DNA of 32,000 bases from Microcystis aeruginosa NIES-2549 (GTDB taxonomy: Bacteria > Cyanobacteriota > Cyanobacteriia > Cyanobacteriales > Microcystaceae): the NCBI RefSeq assembly GCF_000981785.2, contig NZ_CP011304.1, forward strand, positions 1,860,001 through 1,892,000, written 5' to 3'. A program made the position numbers and the translations under genes. Numbering within the stretch: the stretch's first letter is position 1; each line of letters starts with the position of its first letter. This document shows, in pieces, positions 24,721-31,579 of the stretch. The notes beneath the pieces were generated by a model that was not told the DNA's origin, did no database searches, and saw only the letters and a list, made by a program, of their open reading frames with translations.

Positions 24721-24933
24721 GGTCTGCTGAAAAAGTTTGTTGGTGGGGGCAGGGTGTGGGGTGTGGGGTGTGGGGTGTAGGGTTTTACCGATTTTGAGGT
24801 AGTCAGTTACCTAATTTTCAGGGAAAAAGTACCTGAATTTTACCCCCGATCCCTCCAATGGTCGGCACTTTTTGAGGTCAAAAAAGTCTAAAAGCCTTAT
24901 CCAACAAGGTTTTTAGATTTATTCAGCAAGCCC
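24721..24933. mobile_element. 213-bp MITE inserted in insB of IS1 copy 2
   Basis: Absent from copy 1 at the same site. Inverted ends GG(G)TCTGCTGAAAAAG / GGGCTTGCTGAATAAA. Target duplication TAATTA(G) at 24714-24720 and 24934-24940. Internal G-rich heptad run (GGTGTGG)n at 24741-24783. Confidence 0.85.
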
Positions 24934-25133
24934 TAATTAGTAAGACTTATATGACCAGAGTAGAGGGTGAGAACACACGTTTAAGACATTATCTAGCCCG
25001 ATTGCATCGCAAAACACTCTGCTATTCTAAGTCTACAGAAATGTTAGGATACTCTATTCGTTTATTAATTCATTATCTGAAGTTTCAAGAAGTGCCTATT
25101 CCTTACTGATTCATAGCTTAATTCAGCAACGCC

Positions 25134-25237
25134 GGAAAACGCTCTATAATCGGAACGTACCACTTCACCAAATCATAACACTTTTGAATCACCGATAATT
25201 CTTTCATTGCCTTAATAAAATTTAACATTAACGCCAT
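25134..25237 (-). pseudogene. avd: first ~35 codons of a DGR accessory variability determinant (Avd-like four-helix-bundle protein), cut by IS1
   Basis: MALMLNFIKAMKELSVIQKCYDLVKWYVPIIERFP matches my recollection of cyanobacterial Avd N-termini (...YDLIKWYVPILNRLPR...). The remaining ALLN* of the track ORF is IS1 terminal sequence. Confidence 0.65.
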
Positions 25238-25240
25238 TTT

Positions 25241-25270
25241 CTCAAAAAAATCGACCCGCCTAAGGGCGGG
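25241..25270 (-). terminator. hairpin plus T-run between the target gene and avd
   Basis: On the minus strand, CCCGCC-CTTA-GGCGGG (25270-25255) is followed by TCGATTTTTTT. Confidence 0.5.
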
Positions 25271-25332
25271 AAAGAAAAGAAAAAAGAAAAAATAGGGAAT
25301 GAGGGTAAAAGGGGAAAAAAAGGGGAAAAGGG

Positions 25333-25764
25333 TTACAGAGTCCTCCCAGCACCGCACACCACCCGAAAACCGAAGAGGTCGTCGTCGTTGACGCGGCGGA
25401 CGCAGTAGTAGCGGAAAGCGGAACGGCAGAGATAAGGAATGCTGAACCAAGAACCGCCCCGCGGAGGAGAACGATTATCATCCCCATTTTCTATCCAAGC
25501 ACTGCCATCCGTCGGCGCACCGTCATAGTTATCGTGCCAAGTATCGGCGCACCATTCCCAGACATTGCCGTGCATATCGTACAGTCCGAAGGCATTGGGG
25601 GGAAAATTGTCCCACGGGAGTCGTTTGTTGTCGATATTCTCCGTTCGGTTCATCGGCGTAGGTTTCGCTAGACCTGTAGTTGGCCAATTCCCCAGTAATG
25701 GTTTCCCCAAAGTAAAACGGGGTGGTGGTTCCAGCACGACAAGCGTACTCCCATTCTGCTTCAC
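25333..25764 (-). CDS. C-terminal part of the caspase/FGE-sulfatase protein, carrying the putative DGR variable region (same gene as 25529-27265, shifted frame)
   Basis: [24 protein letters not shown] is the FGE/C-type-lectin-fold core. The real homology starts near 25600; the upstream part of the track ORF is out of frame. Confidence 0.8.
   Translation of the reverse strand: [143 protein letters not shown]
25372..25446 (-). other. putative DGR variable region (VR) core
   Basis: Codons TTC AGC ATT CCT TAT CTC TGC CGT TCC GCT TTC CGC TAC TAC TGC GTC CGC CGC GTC AAC GAC GAC GAC CTC TTC. Nearly all are NNC/NNT, as expected when AAC/AAT template codons are adenine-mutagenised. The flanking invariant RGGSW and GFRVV are typical of FGE-type DGR targets. 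Confidence 0.65.
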
Positions 25765-27265
25765 TGGGTAGTCGGTATTCCCTTCCCGTTAGTTTCGATA
25801 ATCTCGCGCAGAACTCGATCGCGTGGTCCCAGTTGACTTGTTCCACCGGGCGGCGATCGCTATCGGGACGGTCTTTAAAATGGGCCGGGTTGAGATCAAG
25901 GTCTTTTTCAACTTTTAAGTCGGTAAGGGAGGCGATCGCTTTCCACTGGGCCTGGGTGATGGGGTATTTACCCATAAAGAAGGGTGGGACAGTTACTTCA
26001 TGTTGTGGTCTTTCCTTTCTAAATCCTTCCCAATTAAATTTTTTAACCAGTCTTTCGATTTCCTCGTCTTCTGTTCCCATCGTGAATGTACCCCCCGGGA
26101 TGGCGACCATTTCTAGGGTGATGCCGTTGCCCAAATCTTGGGCGAAATATTGGGACTGCTTCGACTCTTTTTTGATTTGCTCACCCTTCGCATTTACTCC
26201 CACGATCTCAAAGTTAAATACCTTGAGTCCAGTTTCTTGAGAAGGTTTAGGGGTCGATGACCTATTTCCCTCGGCCCCCGTGACGTATTCGCGACCCGTA
26301 GCAGGAATCGAAGACCACGGTCGCCGTCGTTCGATCGCCCTTTGCCGGATCGATTGTGACTGTCTTAGAGCGATGCGCTTGATAGCTTCGATCGCCTCTA
26401 AATCGCCACGAGATGCTCCTAAGACACGAATCCATAACTGTTCAGCTAAGTCAAGGTCGCCCCTATTTTCTGCTAAGGAAGCCTGATATTTTAGGGGTTG
26501 CACGTCCCTAAGCGTGGCAACTTGTTCTAACAAAATAAAATAGAGCTTGTGGGGCGGTTCTGCTTTCAGATAGGGATTCTGTCTCGGTTTCCCATATCTA
26601 GCGTTAGTTTGCTCGACTTGACGGCGCAGATGTTCGTCTAGACGCTCGACCGTAGCACAATTGGCTTCTCCTTGCCGCCGTAATCCTTCCAGCAGCGTAT
26701 GAGTAAATGAGCCTTGTTGTAACTCATCGATCTCCCAAGATTGCTGATTGGCAGTACAGGAATAAAAGGTTATGACTCCCTGATGCTCCTCCTCTCCAAT
26801 GCCCAGACCGCCTCGGCTGTCTTCATCTCGACAGGCATCTAATAATAGTACGACGTTATCGGCCCCAGACCGCCGCAGCCGCTCGGTGACATAATCCACC
26901 GATACAGCCGTTTCTCTTACATTGCCCGGATCACTATCCGGCAGCATCAGATAGTCTTTGTCTTGATAGCGCCTGCCATGACCAGCAAAGAAAAACCAGA
27001 GATTGTCTCCAGACTTAAGCAGGGGAGTCTCGAACTGCTTCTGAAGAAACCGCTTGAGACGACCGTAGGTTGGCTGCGTGGGAATGGGGGGACTAGCAGG
27101 AATGGGTGGAGAATCTTCGGTAAAGAGAAATATCCCACTGCGATCGAATCCTCCCTCCCCTTCACACCAAGCTTTGATCGCTTCCGCGTCTTTCTTGGCG
27201 TATTTCAGTGGCTTGAGGTTGTCATACTCGTTGATGCCGATCGCTATCACCCAGTTTTTAGCCAT
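25529..27265 (-). CDS. caspase (Peptidase_C14)-like domain, linker and N-terminal part of an FGE-sulfatase domain (frameshifted gene)
   Basis: WVIAIGINEY...FFFAGHG...VVLLLDACRD retains the catalytic His and Cys. MVAIPGGTFTMG...RPQHEVTVPPFFMGKYPITQAQW...RLPSEAEWEYACRAG are FGE-sulfatase motifs. The frame is lost in the homopolymer at 25597-25606. Confidence 0.85.
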   Translation of the reverse strand: MAKNWVIAIGINEYDNLKPLKYAKKDAEAIKAWCEGEGGFDRSGIFLFTEDSPPIPASPPIPTQPTYGRLKRFLQKQFETPLLKSGDNLWFFFAGHGRRYQDKDYLMLPDSDPGNVRETAVSVDYVTERLRRSGADNVVLLLDACRDEDSRGGLGIGEEEHQGVITFYSCTANQQSWEIDELQQGSFTHTLLEGLRRQGEANCATVERLDEHLRRQVEQTNARYGKPRQNPYLKAEPPHKLYFILLEQVATLRDVQPLKYQASLAENRGDLDLAEQLWIRVLGASRGDLEAIEAIKRIALRQSQSIRQRAIERRRPWSSIPATGREYVTGAEGNRSSTPKPSQETGLKVFNFEIVGVNAKGEQIKKESKQSQYFAQDLGNGITLEMVAIPGGTFTMGTEDEEIERLVKKFNWEGFRKERPQHEVTVPPFFMGKYPITQAQWKAIASLTDLKVEKDLDLNPAHFKDRPDSDRRPVEQVNWDHAIEFCARLSKLTGREYRLPSEAEWEYACRAGTTTPFYFGETITGELANYRSSETYADEPNGEYRQQTTPVGQFSPQCLRTVRYARQCLGMVRRYLAR

Positions 27266-27635
27266 CTTTTCTCTTGAACTTAAATGTCATCGCTCCTTTC
27301 CCTCCTGCTTTGCCCCCGATCCCAAACAGGCTAACTTGTCCTTCCCCATTAATTTCTACAGACAGTTCCACTTCATCGAGCCGGATTTTAGCGCTTGGAG
27401 GATCGGCTTCATCGAGCATTTCCCGCATCGCTTTGAGAAAGCCCTGCATTTCTAGCTTCAGTTTGGACACATCCACTTGACTTCTTTCGGTGGCCGCAAC
27501 TTCGGGCGATTTTTCCTTTCCTTCAAGCCTTCCCCCGGTATCACGGCTACTTCTAGCGCCGGTGGGCGTTTTTTGAAGATCAGAGTCACCCGTAATAATC
27601 CATATTTTGCTGGGAGTCGCGATATCTTCGGTCAT
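27258..27635 (-). CDS. trypco2-like (trypsin co-occurring domain 2) small protein
   Basis: The C-terminal LDEVELSVEINGEGQVSLFGIGGKAGGKGAMTFKFKRK matches the trypco2 pattern as I recall it. An 8-nt overlap with the caspase gene start indicates coupling. Confidence 0.55.
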   Translation of the reverse strand: MTEDIATPSKIWIITGDSDLQKTPTGARSSRDTGGRLEGKEKSPEVAATERSQVDVSKLKLEMQGFLKAMREMLDEADPPSAKIRLDEVELSVEINGEGQVSLFGIGGKAGGKGAMTFKFKRKDG

Positions 27636-27649
27636 TGTGTTGATTTCCC

Positions 27650-27874
27650 CTAAATGTTATCTCGCTTACCTTTAACCAAACTTTCTAATTCCATTATCTT
27701 TCTCTCAACCTCCGCTATCCTCTGACTCAACGGCACAGTCTCGGCACAGCCCAAGTAAGTAGCGATCGCACTGACAATCACATCCGTTTTGGACGTGCCA
27801 ACCCGCTCGACGTACTGGTTGAGTTCGGCGAGAAGAGATGGGGGAATTCGGACGGCGATTTGTGGTTTGCCCAT
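27650..27874 (-). CDS. ribbon-helix-helix (CopG/Arc-like) DNA-binding protein
   Basis: QIAVRIPPSLLAELNQYVERVGTSKTDVIVSAIATYL is the beta-alpha-alpha RHH pattern. It is the first gene of the operon. Confidence 0.7.
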   Translation of the reverse strand: MGKPQIAVRIPPSLLAELNQYVERVGTSKTDVIVSAIATYLGCAETVPLSQRIAEVERKIMELESLVKGKRDNI

Positions 27875-28160
27875 AACAATTACATTTCTTCTCCCACCAT
27901 GCTACCAAACGCATGACCAAGTATCACCCTTCCAGTCATTTTTCTTAACGAACGACCGAACAGCGAGCTACCTTCGAGTACCATCCTACAGTTATTAGCT
28001 AGAAACAATACAGGACAAAAGTTACAGAAAAATTTAAAAACCTTTCCTTAAAAAATTAAGCGAACCATGAATAAAAAATTCTCCTTAGCCCAAAAGTATT
28101 CAGCAACAATTTCAGCTTTAACTTGGGATTTTTCTATAGATTTACCAAAAAAGAATTTTG

Positions 28161-28394
28161 TTACATTTTGTCATAATCTTCTGGCTCACCATCTGAAACT
28201 TTAGCTAATGCTTGTTGAAACTTCTCCCAACTTCCCTGTTGTGCTTTTTCTTCTAGATAATCTTTAGTCATCCAAGAGGATATTTGGGCAGATAAAGCCA
28301 TTGTTACCAGTTGCTCTACTGGTATGTTTTGTTTATTGGCTAAGGTTTCAATTTGTTGATATAAAACATCTGGAATGTTTGTGCTTAGTTTCAT
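28161..28394 (-). CDS. small antitoxin-like protein (RHH-like N-terminus)
   Basis: LSTNIPDVLYQQIETLANKQNIPVEQLVTMALSAQI. Its ATG overlaps the stop of the upstream PIN pseudogene (ATGA). Confidence 0.5.
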   Translation of the reverse strand: MKLSTNIPDVLYQQIETLANKQNIPVEQLVTMALSAQISSWMTKDYLEEKAQQGSWEKFQQALAKVSDGEPEDYDKM

Positions 28395-28828
28395 GGTTTT
28401 ATTTCTCCTAGTAATCGTAAAAATTGTTTGGGTGTTAAAATAAAAATGCCGAATTTTTCAATGGGTTTTAGGTCTCTTTGATTGTAACTGATTATAAAAT
28501 TAGCTTGACATTTGAAAGCTAAGTCTATCAGAAAGTCATCATTTTTGTCTTTGGCTAATGGTCGCCAAATATAAAAGATTTCGTAATGGTTGGCTAGATG
28601 GCAAATTCCATTAATAATGTTATCTATGTCTTCATTGTTTAAATCTATTTATTGTTGTTCTCTTTTTAGTATTTCTTCGTACTCAAAAACTAGGGTGGCA
28701 GATACATTGATTTGAAAGCGTTGGTCATTGAGTATGGTTAAGAGTTTATAGGATGCTCCTTTATTAGAGAGCAATCCGGCTAAGATTACGTTAGTATCAA
28801 TGACTATTTGATAAGGAGTTTCTGTCAT
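28391..28828 (-). pseudogene. PIN-domain toxin gene with an in-frame TAA
   Basis: MTETPYQIVIDTNVILAGLLSNKGASYKLLTIL...EYEEILKREQQ*IDLN...DDFLIDLAFKCQANFIISYNQRDL. The stop lies at 28649-28651. Not in the ORF track because it is split. Confidence 0.7.
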
Positions 28829-28981
28829 AATTAATCGCCCCTAATAGTCTTCATTTCCTCATCAGTCAACCCATACAAATTAGCAACCCTATCATCTATC
28901 TTTGGTTCGGAGTCGGTATGCCCCGTATCTTTGCTGGCTACAGAGAAAAACGCCGTCACCAACAGCCATTTCCATTGGAGT

Positions 28982-29587
28982 TCAATCGGGTAAAGTACCC
29001 GGTGCGATTTGTACTGTGCGGGTATAGACGGAACCGCCCTCCACATACTTGAAATCGATCTGAACATCATGAATGGTTTTTCCCTCTGGCAAATCGATCG
29101 TGTCTCCCTGAGCCGTCACACAATCGGTAGTATCAAAACCGTTGATCGCACATAATCGAATGGCTGTGGCCGGATGATCGTACCACTTACGGGTTCCCCA
29201 AAACTTGTTCATTACATTGGTGGCATGACGTACCTTGACTCTCTGATTGTTGATCAAAGTAACTACTACCCACTCCTCCCGATCGAGATCACCAGGAGAA
29301 AAAATGCTTTGCTGACCAATGTTGCCGGTAGGGGCATCCCTCAAACGCAGTTTATAGACTTTCTCCCCGATAAAAGCGGAATTGACGGCTGATCGACCAT
29401 TGCTGGAGGGATTAGTAGGAGAACGCTGGTTTTGTTCTCTAATCCAACGATCGCACTCCTCTTGAGAAAACCCGTAAGACTGCCGGTTCCGACACAAAGC
29501 TTCATAATCCGTCTGATTTTGAGCGTTGGCTGGCATAGACATTAGACAAACAATAGAACCCGAAACAATCAGGGAAAGCGACTTCAT
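28982..29587 (-). CDS. secreted hypothetical protein
   Basis: Signal peptide MKSLSLIVSGSIVCLMSMPANA-QNQ. No recognised domain. Confidence 0.6.
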   Translation of the reverse strand: MKSLSLIVSGSIVCLMSMPANAQNQTDYEALCRNRQSYGFSQEECDRWIREQNQRSPTNPSSNGRSAVNSAFIGEKVYKLRLRDAPTGNIGQQSIFSPGDLDREEWVVVTLINNQRVKVRHATNVMNKFWGTRKWYDHPATAIRLCAINGFDTTDCVTAQGDTIDLPEGKTIHDVQIDFKYVEGGSVYTRTVQIAPGTLPD

Positions 29588-29640
29588 ACAAAAACAGCAA
29601 CTTTATTAACTAATATTACCTTAGCTAACATCTGAAAATT

Positions 29641-29690
29641 TTCCAGTTATCTGGTTATCTGGTTATCTGGTTTTTTGGTTGCTGTTAATC
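29641..29690. repeat. short array of (A)TCTGGTT motifs downstream of the partition operon
   Basis: CCAGTTATCTGGTTATCTGGTTATCTGGTTTTTTGGTTGCTGTTAATCTGGTTT. Confidence 0.8.
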
Positions 29691-29954
29691 TGGTTTACCG
29701 AATCGATCGCTAAGGGCCGCCATGATCACCGCAGTCATGGTCGTTCCCTGCCGTTTGGCCTCCGCAGCCCAATGTTGCCGCAAGGATTTGGGAACCTTGA
29801 CACAAAGGTTTACCTCCGGCTCATTCTGGTTTTCTTGATTGCCAAAAGTCTGACTTTCTGGCAAACCGGTATTCTGGGTTTCTGATAAACCGGTATTCTG
29901 GTTTTCTGGTTCTCTAGCTTTCTTAATTAAATCGCCGTACCTGCCCGTAGTCAT
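29685..29954 (-). CDS. small RHH-type partition protein (ParG/ParB-analog)
   Basis: The ATG at 29954 overlaps the parA stop (ATGA). The C-terminus VNLCVKVPKSLRQHWAAEAKRQGTTMTAVIMAALSDRF is RHH-like. The N-terminal low-complexity ENQNTGL repeats are encoded by the same CTGGTT-type DNA motif. Confidence 0.6.
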   Translation of the reverse strand: MTTGRYGDLIKKAREPENQNTGLSETQNTGLPESQTFGNQENQNEPEVNLCVKVPKSLRQHWAAEAKRQGTTMTAVIMAALSDRFGKPD

Positions 29955-30553
29955 AAAACCTCTAATATGGCTAAAATTTCCTCTCCCAAAGCTTTGTAAT
30001 CCTTCCATGCCGCTCTTAACCTAGCATCATCGAGATTACGAATGGGAACGCCCGCTAAAGCGGCTTTTTGATAGCCGACGGTTCTGCGAATCATCGACTT
30101 GAAAACAGGGATACTGCCCTCGATTAATTCCTGACGTAGTATTTCCCCCTCCTTATTTGGTGGTGGCGGTACGATCGTGATCAGGGCGCGGTAATTAGCG
30201 TCTCCCAAATCTTTAGCCGTTTCCAACATCGGCTGCAGACTGAGAACATCGGGGGCGGTGGGCAAGATCAGGAGTTCGCAACCCTTGGCTAACTCTTTGA
30301 GATCGTCGGAGTGGGGACGGGCGGGAGTGTCGATGATAACGAAGTCCGCCCCGCCGATAATCTTCATCGCCTGCCGCTCATCGGCAACGGTGAAGGGAAG
30401 ATTTCCCCTCTCCGCCCAACCCAGAGCGGTGCGGTTCGGGTCGCCATCAACTAATACCGTCCGACCTCGATCGCTGAAATAGGTGGCGATATGCACGGCG
30501 GTGGTGCTTTTACCCACGCCGCCTTTGTAACCGGTAACGGTAATAATTTTCAT
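29951..30553 (-). CDS. parA: ParA-family partition ATPase (small, type Ib-like)
   Basis: Deviant Walker A GYKGGVGKST, plus VLVDGDPNRT and FVIIDTPA. Confidence 0.9.
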   Translation of the reverse strand: MKIITVTGYKGGVGKSTTAVHIATYFSDRGRTVLVDGDPNRTALGWAERGNLPFTVADERQAMKIIGGADFVIIDTPARPHSDDLKELAKGCELLILPTAPDVLSLQPMLETAKDLGDANYRALITIVPPPPNKEGEILRQELIEGSIPVFKSMIRRTVGYQKAALAGVPIRNLDDARLRAAWKDYKALGEEILAILEVL

Positions 30554-31150
30554 CTGGTTTTCTGGTTTTTTGGTTTTCTGTTTTTCATCCTTGTTCCTGG
30601 AAACAGGTTTTCTGTAAAACCAGATTACCTTAAAACCAGAATTGCGGTCACATTTGGATCGATTCCGTGAACTGGTTTTCTGTAAAACCAGATTGCCACA
30701 AGACCAGAATTAAGGTTCCATTCGGATCGAGCGAGTTTTCTGTAAAACCACGCAAAAGGTATATTAATTTTCAGGAATTTACGTCGTTTCAGCCGACGAC
30801 AAGTCAAGGTTTGAAACCACTTTGACGGAAGAGAAATAGATAGGATTGTATCTGGTAAGAAGGCTTTCTATAAAACCAGATTACCATAAAACCAGATAAA
30901 TTAGAATCATATCTAGTAAGGAGGTTTTCTGTAAAACCAGATTGCCATAAAACCAGATAAATTAGAATCATATCTAGTAAGAAGGTTTTCTGTAAAACCA
31001 GATTGCCATAAAACCAGATAAACAGAATCGACTCCGCAAGCTAGTTTTCTTTAAAACCAGTTTTTTGTAAAACCAGTTTTTTGTAAAACCAGAATTATTC
31101 AGATCGATCAAGCAGGTTTTCTGTAAAACCAGATTACCAGATTGCCGGTC
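30554..31150. repeat. iteron/centromere-like repeat field upstream of parA
   Basis: At least 8 copies of TTTTCTGTAAAACCAGA(T/A)T, including three 61-bp tandem units starting at 30850, 30911 and 30972, and ~60-68-bp units starting at 30606, 30674 and 30734. Confidence 0.85.
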
Positions 31151-31288
31151 AGAAATAGTCAAAAGTTTATCCATTAACCAGAACTGGCTCGATCCAGATC
31201 AGTTTGCGATCGGGTCGTTCTCTGAGGCCGTAAGGTTGCCACCGATAAAACCCTCTGCGCCAATGGGTGCGGTACTGACTAGATTAAC

Positions 31289-31453
31289 TCACCCGCCAGT
31301 TAGCGAAAAATCAGAAGTAATTATTTCAACAGTAAACAGCTTTTGCTTGCCTAAGCAGGGTATCGGTTCAATCACCCTGACATTTTCCAGCTTCCAAGCG
31401 TATCGTTGGGGTTGCCAGTCGCCGAGCAACCGTTCCAATTCCGAAACCGATTC
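31289..31453 (-). pseudogene. ASCH-domain gene, C-terminal 54 codons
   Basis: ESVSELERLLGDWQPQRYAWKLENVRVIEPIPCLGKQKLFTVEI... is an ASCH C-terminus. It begins exactly at an IS200/IS605 right end and joins in frame to ...TDVPNSI at 7157. Confidence 0.7.
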
Positions 31454-31547
31454 GTTGACATCCTCACCGCCGGGGCCGGACGGTGATTCCCTACAGATCG
31501 AACAAACTTAATTGAACGATCTTCGGATGGGTTGACGCTTCACGGGA
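31454..31547 (-). mobile_element. IS200/IS605-family right-end fragment
   Basis: The minus strand ends ...GGGAATCACCGTCCGGCCCCGGCGGTGAGGATGTCAAC, like 23684-23723. Its body side is cut off near 31548-31579, before IS1 copy 3. Confidence 0.7.
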
Positions 31548-31579
31548 CGATGCTTCTTTAACAGAAGTCTTATACTTTC

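Larger units (their letters stand above)
24157..25133 (+). mobile_element. IS1-family insertion sequence, copy 2, itself disrupted by a MITE and lacking a target duplication
   Basis: Same ends as copy 1, with one SNP in insA. The flanks ACGAATGGC (left) and GGAAAACGC (right) do not match. Confidence 0.9.

Noticed and set aside
25118-25487. 110-aa and 75-aa minus-strand ORFs spanning the VR, polypurine tract and avd start.
   Set aside because: They are out of frame with the FGE domain or read through the polypyrimidine tract. Only the last ~35 codons (the Avd N-terminus) look genuine, and the final ALLN* comes from the IS1 end.
28831-29070. 79-aa minus-strand ORF ending ...DDRVANLYGLTDEEMKTIRGD.
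   Set aside because: Only the last ~25 residues resemble anything, namely the C-terminal tail common in some DNA methyltransferase or restriction proteins. The rest overlaps the 201-aa secreted-protein gene. At best it is a tiny gene remnant (about 28833-28925), and that is too weak to call.
30625-31174. 60-aa and 66-aa minus-strand ORFs (30625-30807 and 30974-31174).
   Set aside because: They lie wholly within the iteron/centromere-like repeat field. Their repeated WFYRK peptides are translation of the DNA repeat.
31236-31511. 91-aa plus-strand ORF.
   Set aside because: It is antisense to the ASCH C-terminal fragment and the IS200/IS605 end. Its sequence is Ser/Pro-rich with no motif.
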